This document shows, piece by piece, positions 14,810 through 23,051 of a DNA stretch of 34,961 bases. The stretch covers positions 1-34,961 of the forward strand of contig CAZJCN010000002.1 in NCBI GenBank assembly GCA_964544195.1, given 5' to 3'. Every line of letters begins with the position of its first letter. Position 1 is the first letter of the stretch. The position numbers and the translations under genes were made by a program. The notes beneath the pieces are model-generated. The model was given only the letters and a program-made list of their open reading frames with translations. It was not told where the DNA came from and searched no databases. The stretch comes from an uncultured Phycisphaeraceae bacterium (GTDB lineage: Bacteria > Planctomycetota > Phycisphaerae > Phycisphaerales > Phycisphaeraceae).

Positions 14810-17800
14810 TCACTTGGGATCTGATTGCTCTCTCGCTCGCCGCTTCGCCGCTAGCAGTCTGCTGGTTGTGTGGTCTTGCTCAACCTGTTCCGGAGAAGTA
14901 TTTCGTGTGGTTGCGTGATCGGTACTCCGACTGTCTTCTGATGCTGCGCCAAGTGCATCGGCGAAGTCATCGCTGGCTGTAAATGACGTGCCAGCTTCGA
15001 ACTTACGAGTACTGTCAGTAGTGTTCGGGGACGTATGAGAGGTATCGTTTGTGACCCGACTCCGGACTCGATTGGCTAAGGCCTTTTCGGTCTGCGCCTG
15101 ACGATCTTTTAATGCGGCCAGTGTCGATTCAGCTTGAATTTCTCGTGGCCGGAAGGCTACTAAGAGACGGGTTAGGCGATTTCTGGACCATGTCCGGATA
15201 GCAGCCGGGTCCCACGCGATCCGTCGGCTAGCTACATCCAACAGAAAAAGCACGATCAGCCACCATAGCAGGGTTCGCCAGAGAGGGCGGATGGATCGGG
15301 TCTCAAACGGGATTGAACGGTCAAACAATCCGAATGAAGATGCGTTAACGGGGTCAAGGATTCGTCCATTGGTAATTTCTATGATCTGTTGCAGAATCAC
15401 GTCATTGGATTTGAAGCGTCTAAGCTCTTCGCCGGGAGGTCGGGCAGCCCCTCCGAACACTGCCCTACGCGTTCCATCCGGTGATTCGATAAAGAGGCTG
15501 ACGACATAGTTGCCGCTTTGGTCCGCATGGGCCTTGGCTTGATATTGACCCGGCCCGACTTGTTCGAGAGTGACCGGTTCTACGGAGCCGTCAGGTTTAA
15601 GGATACTGCCGCGAACGTTCAGGAAATTTCCGAATGATCCTGTTCGTGACGTTCCACGGGAAAGTGATGTTTCATTCTCATTAGCCGTGTCTAGCTGGAT
15701 TTGCAGCCGGCCATCACGGACGGATACCAGCAGGTCGGCGTCTCGTGTCGCGCTGGGTCGAGCGATCATACGTAAAGTTCGTGACCAGAAATCCGCATAT
15801 CCGCCCCATGTCAGCCACGCGGTAGCCCAGCGATTGGTCGCGTCAGAGGTGAACGCTGCGCTGCGCCCCAAGCCGACCTGCCAGTGTGCGAAGACCGGCT
15901 CACCTTCGGGGCCGACGATCGGCATCACCACTCGCGGGTCTTGTTTCTCGCCGGTCAGCACCAAGCCTTTCAGCGTCGGCACTTGGGCCAGATTGGCCGT
16001 AATCGGTGAACCTGTCGGCAGTATTGTGGGGGTAAAGGGTGTTTCCTTAACCAGATTCTTACGGATCGTTTTGGCCTCTTTGATAAAGACCTGTGGCAGA
16101 TTGGCGGGATTGGTAATGGCGTGGTATTGGCCGTTGCCCATGCTGGCAAGGTGTGTCAGCAGTTGGGCGTCGTGCCTATCACCCACGCCGATGGTTGACA
16201 GGCTGATCCCGCTTTTTCTCATCAGCGAGGCAAGTTTGATATACCCGCCCGGGACTGGTTCCATGCTGTGGCCGTCGGTCAGGAGAATGATGTGTTTGAC
16301 AGCCGCGTCCTGCACGGTCAGCGGTGCCAGCTCCCGGTAGGCCATATCTAATCCGGTATAGATATTGGTCCCGCCGCCCGGCTGAATACTGCGGACTTTT
16401 TCTGCAACTGAGGCTGGGTCTGAATTGATCTGGGTCTTAACGATCGAATACGCCTGGTCATCGAACGCCACCACGCCGACCAGATCCTGCGGATACAAGG
16501 TATTCAGTGCCAATACGGCTGCTTCATTCGCCAGTTCCTGTTGTGTTCGGTTGGTCCCGCCGACCTGCGAGGACATCGACCCGGAGCGATCAATGACAAG
16601 CACCAATGCTCCGGAAGGCAGTATGGTTTGAGAGGGGATCTGACAGCTCACCGGCAGGATATAACGATCCAGATCGGAGTTGGTCCAGCCGCCTGCCCCA
16701 AAGCTGTCCGGCCCGCCGATCATGAGCAAGCCGCCCCCAAGATCGTGAACATAACGAACCAACATGCGCTGCTGTGACGGGGTGATCAGATCGTATGGCA
16801 CGTTTTGAAGGACCACGGCGTCGTAACGTTGCAGGCGGTCCAAGCTGGTGGGCATCTCACGGGGGACAGTGATTTCAAGCTCAATACCGTGTTCTGCTAA
16901 CGCCTTAGGCAGGATCAGCCCGCTTTCTCCGCCAACGTTATCGACGAATAGGACCCGCCCTTTCCCCGCCACCAGGGTAAATGCCTCGGCCTGATTGTTG
17001 ACCGTCATTGTGTCCTGGCCTTTGGCGGGTTCAAAGATGGCTCGAAACTTATTGACGCCCGTGTAAGTCAGAGGCAGATCCACTTCTCGTACGGCCACAT
17101 ACCGGCCAAGCGCCGGGTCGGTATTATCGTTAGGTTCTTCAACTGCATTCACTACTGTTGAAGGGAATTGCTCATCCGCTTCTTCGAGTGTCCAATCCTC
17201 AAGCCGGATCGGGGCTCCTTGCCCGGGTGCTTCACCGTTCAGGTCAATCGCCCCTTCGTCATGCAGGAGCAGCATTTGTCCTTCGGTGGGGCGTGTGGCG
17301 CGGAGAACAGCACGTAGCGTGACCGTCTGCCCTTCGCGGGCCTCATTAGGTGCATACAGCCGTTCAACCATCACCTCCTGTTCCACCCGATACCTCGCCG
17401 GCACTACGTCGATCGGGATACCAGCCGCTGCAGCCTCATGTGCCGCCGCGATGACATCGCCTGCGGTATCGTTACCATCTGTCACCAGCACAAGACGCTG
17501 CCCTGAGTCGGGTGGAAACAACGCCATGGCGGAACGGATTGCTTCTGCGGTGTTGGTGCCCTCCACCGGTCGGTCGATCGTGTCGGAATCAAGATCTGTA
17601 GCCGGGTGTGGGAGAGCTTTAACCCTTGGTTGGCCGTCATAGGTCACCAGACCCAGGCGGTCGCCGTCCCGGCGGTCCCGGGCACACTGTTCGAGAAAAG
17701 TACGAGCCCACAGGGGGAATTCCTCCTCCGAAAGGCCTTCCTGTTGATCCGATACTCGTGGTGGCTTGGCGAAACGGCGGACTGACTCAGACTGGTCCAC

Positions 17801-18013
17801 GACCGCGATTACTGTCAGGTCATCATGAGTCCGCACCGCCTGAAGACCGGCCAGCATCAAGATCAGCACGAACAGCAAAGCCAGACGAAGCACGATGGCG
17901 GTCCATCGCCGGGCCGGCTCCAGCATGATGAGGCTATGCATCCCAAGCCAGACAATCGGCACCGCCAGTAGCAGCAGCCACAGGTATTCGGGATGATCAA
18001 AACGGATACTCAC
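14810..18013 (-). CDS. Large membrane protein with BatA_N-like N-terminus, two vWA domains, a central glutamine-amidotransferase-like/ThuA-like segment, a late TM helix and a tail of about 140 aa rich in Ser/Thr and charged residues
   Basis: 1067-aa ORF with a GTG start. The N-terminus is FDHPEYLWLLLLAVPIVWLG plus a second TM helix. MIDAS motifs are VIAVVDQSESV and LVLVIDRSGSMS. The segment GRVLFVDNVGGESGLILPKALAEHGIELEI...YDAVVLQNVP...GGGLLMIGGPDSFGAGGW resembles the GATase1-like insert of Bat-type proteins. That assignment is from memory. The late TM helix is LWRTLLWWLIVLFLL. Confidence 0.8.
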   Translation of the reverse strand: MSIRFDHPEYLWLLLLAVPIVWLGMHSLIMLEPARRWTAIVLRLALLFVLILMLAGLQAVRTHDDLTVIAVVDQSESVRRFAKPPRVSDQQEGLSEEEFPLWARTFLEQCARDRRDGDRLGLVTYDGQPRVKALPHPATDLDSDTIDRPVEGTNTAEAIRSAMALFPPDSGQRLVLVTDGNDTAGDVIAAAHEAAAAGIPIDVVPARYRVEQEVMVERLYAPNEAREGQTVTLRAVLRATRPTEGQMLLLHDEGAIDLNGEAPGQGAPIRLEDWTLEEADEQFPSTVVNAVEEPNDNTDPALGRYVAVREVDLPLTYTGVNKFRAIFEPAKGQDTMTVNNQAEAFTLVAGKGRVLFVDNVGGESGLILPKALAEHGIELEITVPREMPTSLDRLQRYDAVVLQNVPYDLITPSQQRMLVRYVHDLGGGLLMIGGPDSFGAGGWTNSDLDRYILPVSCQIPSQTILPSGALVLVIDRSGSMSSQVGGTNRTQQELANEAAVLALNTLYPQDLVGVVAFDDQAYSIVKTQINSDPASVAEKVRSIQPGGGTNIYTGLDMAYRELAPLTVQDAAVKHIILLTDGHSMEPVPGGYIKLASLMRKSGISLSTIGVGDRHDAQLLTHLASMGNGQYHAITNPANLPQVFIKEAKTIRKNLVKETPFTPTILPTGSPITANLAQVPTLKGLVLTGEKQDPRVVMPIVGPEGEPVFAHWQVGLGRSAAFTSDATNRWATAWLTWGGYADFWSRTLRMIARPSATRDADLLVSVRDGRLQIQLDTANENETSLSRGTSRTGSFGNFLNVRGSILKPDGSVEPVTLEQVGPGQYQAKAHADQSGNYVVSLFIESPDGTRRAVFGGAARPPGEELRRFKSNDVILQQIIEITNGRILDPVNASSFGLFDRSIPFETRSIRPLWRTLLWWLIVLFLLDVASRRIAWDPAAIRTWSRNRLTRLLVAFRPREIQAESTLAALKDRQAQTEKALANRVRSRVTNDTSHTSPNTTDSTRKFEAGTSFTASDDFADALGAASEDSRSTDHATTRNTSPEQVEQDHTTSRLLAAKRRAREQSDPK

Positions 18014-18202
18014 GGATCGATAAGGCCTATGTGTGAAAATTCGTTAACAGGATTAAGCCGAATCTGCATGCATCCTACGTCATGAGGACGCTCACGACAG
18101 TATTCCGTATAAGAACAAGAATGGGCCACGCAGGCATTCAGTCTAGATTTCACGCGTAGATGCCCCGAAGTGTCAGTGACTGATGCCATACCGAGGTTCA
18201 TC

Positions 18203-20017
18203 TTACCTTGGGGCGGCCGGAGCCTTGTGGACCTGATCAGGACTGTCAGGAAGTTGCTGGAAATACTCTTTTACCAGCTGATGGTACCGCCTGGGTACGC
18301 GATCTTCGGTGACTGCACGTTCTGCTTGGTTTCGAGCCTCTGTGATGGCACGATCAAATTCGACCTCAGCTTGACCAGCGGATAATTCTCCGTCTGTTTG
18401 CCAACTCGCAATGATCCGGCCTTCTCCCTGCTGGAGGTCTTGTTCAGTTCGTATGGTGTATGGCCCAGTCTGGAGCGGCTGGCCAAGAGGATTGCCACCA
18501 CTTCCTTTGCCCGCTTTGCGACCACCGACGCCGCCTTCCTTGGAACCGGCGCTTTGATTGGCTTGTTGTACCCCCGATTGGTTCATTGTGTTTATCGCTT
18601 GCTGGAGTTGTTGCTGAGCCTGTTGCATCTGGTTGATCTGTTGTTGTACCTGTTGCATCTGACTCAACTGCTGCTGTCCTTGCCAAGCACCTTGTTGGAA
18701 TTGCCCGGATTGACCTTGTTGCCCGGATTGCGCCTGTTGTCCTAACGACTGGGCCATCTGTCCGAAGCTTGATCCCAGCCCTTGGCATTGGGATTGGGAC
18801 TGTTTGGCATGTTGTGCCTGCTGCTGTTGCTGCTGGATTTGTTGTGCAAGCTGCTTGGCCTGATGCTGGGCCTGTTGAGCGTTCATACCCTGTTGTTGCA
18901 TAGCCTGTTGGAGTGCTTTTTGAACTGCCTGGGGTTGATACCCCTGCTGTTGAAGTTGCTGGATCTGTTGTTGTGATACACCGGCCTGCTGTAGCTGCTG
19001 TTGGATATTTTGTTGCAGCTGTTTTCGTGCTTGTTCGTGCTGTTGCGCCATTGCGTCAAGCTGTTCGGATAAGGCTTGAAGTTGTTTCTGTAAGGCCTGC
19101 TTTTCTGGTCCGGACATGTCTTTCAAGCTTTCCGCAAGCCGCTTCAGTTCCTGTTGAGCTGCCTCAAAATCACCTCGCCGCATAGCATCCACAAAGCGGT
19201 CTGCCGGCCCTCGGGTGCCGGGGTCAAGTCGGCTCATTTGGTTTTTAATGCTCCGTAGCTGCTGTTGTTTGACTTGCTCAGCCTGGTTGAGTCTTTCCTG
19301 GACATCAGCCAGCTTGGATATCGCCTCCCTGCGTAATTTCGGGTTGGTCAGGTCACGTTGGGTCAGTGACGCCAGTTCACGAAACACATCTTCCGGATCC
19401 GTCTCGTCAGGTGAACCAGTTCCAGTATTAACCTCTCGGATCAACGCGTTCGCTTCCAGGATCTTGATTTCAGCTTCTTCCGCCTTGGCCTCGGCCTGCT
19501 GTTTTTCAACACGTTTTCTGCCAAGCCCCATCAAGTCCAGATTGGGTGGGATCGTTACATACATCAGGGCCCATATCATTGATCCCAGAAACGCGTAATG
19601 CCAGGCTTTTCCAAAGCGGATTGGAAACGCCTCGTTTACTCGGGCTTGTGAGGCCAATTCTTCAGCCTTATTGAGTACATGATTGGCAAAAGGATTGTTC
19701 GAAATAGATTCGGCAAACAGCGCGGTACCCAAGCTATCTTTGAGTCCCAGCCGTTCGTCGACCATACGTGCTACAGAGGACTCATCTGGCAGACGGATCA
19801 GGGCTAGCAACGGGGCCAACAGAATCAACAGTCCCCCAAGTCCGCCGAAGATCCACCCTTGCTCCATGGGAACCGCGACTGAAAGCAGCCTGTCAGTCAG
19901 TAGGATCAGGGTTGCCAGCCCGGCCCAGACCACAGCAAGCCAGCCCAACGTTTGAAGCGTCGTGTCGATCCAGATCCTTCGACGAGTCCTGACAAGGGTA
20001 CGGTGCACGGTATTCAT
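18203..20017 (-). CDS. Membrane-anchored coiled-coil protein with an extremely Gln-rich low-complexity domain (DUF4175/TIGR02302-like architecture); first gene of the MoxR operon
   Basis: 604-aa ORF. Three predicted TM helices lie in the first 160 aa (LGWLAVVWAGLATLILL, WIFGGLGGLLILLAPLLALI, YAFLGSMIWALMYVTIPP). A charged coiled coil follows, then a Q-rich block at aa 306-488. The C-terminal motif is RVPRRYHQLVKEYFQQL. The family name is from memory and has not been searched. Confidence 0.7.
   Translation of the reverse strand: MNTVHRTLVRTRRRIWIDTTLQTLGWLAVVWAGLATLILLTDRLLSVAVPMEQGWIFGGLGGLLILLAPLLALIRLPDESSVARMVDERLGLKDSLGTALFAESISNNPFANHVLNKAEELASQARVNEAFPIRFGKAWHYAFLGSMIWALMYVTIPPNLDLMGLGRKRVEKQQAEAKAEEAEIKILEANALIREVNTGTGSPDETDPEDVFRELASLTQRDLTNPKLRREAISKLADVQERLNQAEQVKQQQLRSIKNQMSRLDPGTRGPADRFVDAMRRGDFEAAQQELKRLAESLKDMSGPEKQALQKQLQALSEQLDAMAQQHEQARKQLQQNIQQQLQQAGVSQQQIQQLQQQGYQPQAVQKALQQAMQQQGMNAQQAQHQAKQLAQQIQQQQQQAQHAKQSQSQCQGLGSSFGQMAQSLGQQAQSGQQGQSGQFQQGAWQGQQQLSQMQQVQQQINQMQQAQQQLQQAINTMNQSGVQQANQSAGSKEGGVGGRKAGKGSGGNPLGQPLQTGPYTIRTEQDLQQGEGRIIASWQTDGELSAGQAEVEFDRAITEARNQAERAVTEDRVPRRYHQLVKEYFQQLPDSPDQVHKAPAAPR
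18554..19102 (-). repeat. Coding low-complexity region (mixed CAG/CAA codons) encoding a domain of about 183 aa with roughly 45% glutamine
   Basis: My hand count is about 83 Gln in aa 306-488, for example QQIQQQQQQAQHAKQSQSQ and QQLSQMQQVQQQINQMQQAQQQLQQ. At the DNA level the CTG/TTG triplets on the plus strand are interspersed and do not form a perfect tandem array. Confidence 0.8.
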
Positions 20018-20179
20018 AGGCCGGCTCCATCAGATGCCTGATCATTTACATCATATCCCGTCGGGACCCACCAGGCGCGTGATCCAGACAATAAGACGTA
20101 AACAGGGAATAATAAGTTCCCCGGACTGTAGCGATATTTACACGAACAGGGCGCGTTTTCTGATGCTTAGATGGGTTTA

Positions 20180-21019
20180 TCACGCGTGCTCATGGGGATG
20201 TGTACGGTGCAGATTCGCAAGTTCACCCAAAAGTGAGAGTGTCTGTTCCAACGGGAGCATGGTGGCGGCATCGGACTTGGCTTGCTGCGGTGTCGGGTGG
20301 GTTTCGATGAACAAGGCCTGAACACCGGCCGCGACCGCACATCGTGCCAGCATGGGGGCGGCGTCGGGTCTGCCACCCGTGCTTTTCCCGTCGGCTCCAG
20401 CGCCCGGCTGCTGTGTGGAGTGGGTGACATCAAAGCATACGGGCCAGCCAAGCCGCATCATGTCACTTAACCCAATGAAATCATTGACCAGCCTGTGATA
20501 ACCAAAGAAGGTACCTCGTTCTGTGAGCATGATCCCCACAGCCTTGGCTTCGGTCAGCTTGGTTACCACGTGTCTCATTTCATCGGGGGACATGAACTGG
20601 CCTTTTTTCACGTTTACGGGCTTGCCGGTTTGGGCAGAGGCGACCAGCAGATCGGTCTGACGACACAGAAATGCGGGTATTTGGATCAGGTCTACAACCT
20701 TGCCGATCTTATCAGCCTGCGTGGATTCATGGATATCCGTCGTGACGGGCACACCCACTTCCTTTTTCACCCGGGCAAGCATCTGCAATCCGACTTCTAT
20801 GCCCGGACCTCGATCGGTGTGAATGGAGCTGCGATTGGCTTTATCGAAACTGGCTTTGAATACATAACCCAGCCCTAATTCAGCGCAACGATCACGTAGT
20901 GCCCGCGCGACCGTCAGACATAACGCTTCTGACTCAGCTTGGCATGGGCCAGCGATGACTCCCAACGGTTGGCTTGTTCCGATCTTTACTGAACCGACCT
21001 GAATCGTCTGTGTGCTCAT
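20180..21019 (-). CDS. kdsA: 3-deoxy-8-phosphooctulonate synthase (Kdo-8-P synthase)
   Basis: 279-aa ORF. It shows full-length KdsA-type sequence: VIAGPCQAES, FKASFDKANRSS, LCRQTDLL, VNVKKGQF, ERG..FGY and DVTHS. Confidence 0.95.
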   Translation of the reverse strand: MSTQTIQVGSVKIGTSQPLGVIAGPCQAESEALCLTVARALRDRCAELGLGYVFKASFDKANRSSIHTDRGPGIEVGLQMLARVKKEVGVPVTTDIHESTQADKIGKVVDLIQIPAFLCRQTDLLVASAQTGKPVNVKKGQFMSPDEMRHVVTKLTEAKAVGIMLTERGTFFGYHRLVNDFIGLSDMMRLGWPVCFDVTHSTQQPGAGADGKSTGGRPDAAPMLARCAVAAGVQALFIETHPTPQQAKSDAATMLPLEQTLSLLGELANLHRTHPHEHA

Positions 21020-21062
21020 GGCAGAATAGTGTACCGGTCATAGTGGCGTATGCCCACAAGGG

Positions 21063-22223
21063 TTATTTACTAACGTTTGTCTTACACGACACGGCGCATT
21101 GCAGGCTCCGTTCATAGCCGTCGATCATCCTGTCCAGGCTGAATAGATGACGAGCTTGATGGGCAGCATTGCAGTAGGGGGTCAGATCAATCGATAACAG
21201 GCGTTGGATCTGGCGGCTAAGGTCATGCACCTCGGGGAACCGGAAAGTCCACCCGGCTTGGCTGAGTTCCAGTAGTTCCCGGTGTGGTCCGATATCACTG
21301 GCTAGAACAGGTAACCCGGCCGCGATCGCTTCGATCATTGCATTCGGCATACCTTCTTCACGACTGGTTGAAACGAACGCATATGCATGTCGCAGCAGCC
21401 ACATCTTGTCCAGCCCCGTTTGGCGCCCCGGGAGACGCACGATGTCTGAGATTCCCAGGTTTTTAACTTGTTGACGGATCGTCTCAAGCGATTCGCCGTC
21501 TCCGGCAAAGACGTATCGAAACTTTTTTTGCCGAAACAGCTCCGCGCAGTCCACAATCGCCTTGACCGCCAGATCCTGTCGTTTGACCGGCCCCACCCGT
21601 GCTAAATGCAACACAAACCGACCCGGTTGAAGATCGGCCGGGGAGGTATGTGATTCTGCATCCCGTAAAGCCGAGTCGAACTCGACCAAGTCAATGCCGT
21701 TCATGACGCGATCGATCGGCGGCAGGTCCGGCCCGGCCACTTCTTTCAACCGCTGGTCAAGCCAATGACTCAGCGAGATGATCCGATCGGCCTCACGATA
21801 TCCCGCCCTAATAACAGACCTGACCCGGGGTTTGGAGAGGGCGTGGAAATTCGGGTACAGGTCTGCACCTCGGGCACTGACCACCAACTTGAATCCCAGT
21901 CGATCTTTTAAGCGTGCCGCGGCATATCCGGTTGGATAGCCGTAGAATGCCAGCATGACATCAAACGGGCGTTGCTGGAAGACCCGGCGAACATGCCTAC
22001 ACAGCAGCTCGGGCCAAAGGTGCTGAGCCGGGGGGCGCCGATAACGGGTGACGGGATAAGGCAGTTCCGGCGGCACCCCGTGATCCTGACAGAGTACCTG
22101 AACCTCATGCCCTCGTTGCTGCAGTCCTTGGAGGATGCGATCACCCGCCAGTTCCGCTCCACCCAAGGATGGCAGGAAAGTCGGGGTAAACAGGCACACA
22201 CGCAGGGGAGCAGTATTTGGCAT
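21063..22223 (-). CDS. Glycosyltransferase family 4 (GT-B fold)
   Basis: ORF 21063..22364. The preferred start is ATG 22223 (MPNTAPLRVCLFTPTFLPSLGGAE, the typical GT4 N-terminus). The C-terminal EX7E region is SREEGMPNAMIEAIAAGLPVLASDIGPHRELL. It lies 43 bp from kdsA on the same strand. Confidence 0.85.
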   Translation of the reverse strand: MPNTAPLRVCLFTPTFLPSLGGAELAGDRILQGLQQRGHEVQVLCQDHGVPPELPYPVTRYRRPPAQHLWPELLCRHVRRVFQQRPFDVMLAFYGYPTGYAAARLKDRLGFKLVVSARGADLYPNFHALSKPRVRSVIRAGYREADRIISLSHWLDQRLKEVAGPDLPPIDRVMNGIDLVEFDSALRDAESHTSPADLQPGRFVLHLARVGPVKRQDLAVKAIVDCAELFRQKKFRYVFAGDGESLETIRQQVKNLGISDIVRLPGRQTGLDKMWLLRHAYAFVSTSREEGMPNAMIEAIAAGLPVLASDIGPHRELLELSQAGWTFRFPEVHDLSRQIQRLLSIDLTPYCNAAHQARHLFSLDRMIDGYERSLQCAVSCKTNVSK

Positions 22224-22320
22224 GGGCTGGTTCCGTAACGCCCCAGCATTGTGGCACAACTGTGACCACCCGCCAATACGACGCTTGCCTCCGCCGTCCG
22301 TCCCGGCTACACCATCATCG

Positions 22321-22959
22321 ATGGAATACCGTTTTGACCCAGCTTGGATCAATACCGCTGACACGACCGAGGTCTACAAACAAGACCATCGAAGTCGGGT
22401 GTGGCGTATTGAGGCTTCTGACGGGGGGAGCTTTGTCATCAAACGGTACGAGTTCAATCCTCTTCGCCAGAAGCTGGGTTGGCTGATCGGCCGCCATCCC
22501 GCCCAACGTGAGATCCGTCGAGCCGCTTATCTGAGTCAACTTGGGGTGCCGGTTGTACCGATTATCGCCCACGGATGGGATTCCAAGGAGGGAGCGTCAC
22601 GGGCGTGGCTGGTGACCCCATGCACGGGACGGAGTCTTTTTCACCTTTTTTACCACCAGGAGCTGTCAGATCCGGATCGGCGTGGCCGAATCCTTGACAT
22701 GGCTGGGGAATTGACGGGCGAACTGATCCGACGGGGATTATTCAACCGCGACCACAAGGCCAGCAACATCCTTGTGGATTCCAAGGACCGGCTGTGGCTG
22801 ATCGACACGGGGGGGGTTCGTCCGATGTGGAGCGTGTGGGGAGGGGCCAAAAGGATGATCCGCAGTCTACAGGGAAATCTGGCTGAAGCCGGAGCGGGGC
22901 CGGCGGACCTGGCCCGATTGGCAAGGACGTGTTCGTCTTACATGGATCGGAGTCGATAA
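22321..22959 (+). CDS. Lipopolysaccharide kinase (Kdo/WaaP) family / small protein-kinase-like-fold protein
   Basis: ORF 22135..22959. The preferred start is ATG 22321 (MEYRFDP), which avoids overlap with the divergent GT4 gene. The kinase-like motifs are FVIKRY (Lys), NRDHKASNILV (catalytic loop) and LIDTGG (DFG-equivalent). At 212 aa it is similar in size to Kdo kinases. Confidence 0.65.
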   Translation: MEYRFDPAWINTADTTEVYKQDHRSRVWRIEASDGGSFVIKRYEFNPLRQKLGWLIGRHPAQREIRRAAYLSQLGVPVVPIIAHGWDSKEGASRAWLVTPCTGRSLFHLFYHQELSDPDRRGRILDMAGELTGELIRRGLFNRDHKASNILVDSKDRLWLIDTGGVRPMWSVWGGAKRMIRSLQGNLAEAGAGPADLARLARTCSSYMDRSR

Positions 22960-23051
22960 ACTAACCGGATCGTTTCGGCTTGCTAAAATGCAGGGCTTCC
23001 CCGGCCGCCAGTGTGTGTCGGCCGATCTAACCCTGCCTAATACAGCGACTT

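Noticed and set aside
15570-16340. 256-aa plus-strand ORF antisense to the double-vWA gene
   Set aside because: It has Ser/Arg/Pro-rich low-information composition, no start context and no motifs. The opposite frame carries clear MIDAS and TM features.
13727-18013. MoxR plus vWA as one of the MoxR-vWA-centred NTP-dependent conflict (anti-phage) systems
   Set aside because: No effector or sensor modules typical of those systems are adjacent (caspase-like or other proteases, nucleases, TIR, effector-associated domains). The DUF58 and BatA_N partners and the housekeeping neighbours match the classical Bat-like envelope operon instead.
18554-19102. Repetitive CTG/TTG-rich DNA as a possible tandem repeat, microsatellite or CRISPR-like array
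   Set aside because: There is no fixed-length repeat or spacer periodicity. The triplets are irregularly mixed CAG/CAA codons within one long ORF, so this is coding low complexity and not an array.
22135-22364. Mutually overlapping N-terminal extensions of the divergent GT4 (to 22364) and kinase (from 22135) ORFs. Similar extensions occur at 166-219 and 9964-10170.
   Set aside because: The extended parts are Arg/Gly/Pro/Cys/Trp-rich and lack family similarity. Internal ATGs at 22223, 22321, 220 and 10171 give family-typical N-termini and remove the overlaps.
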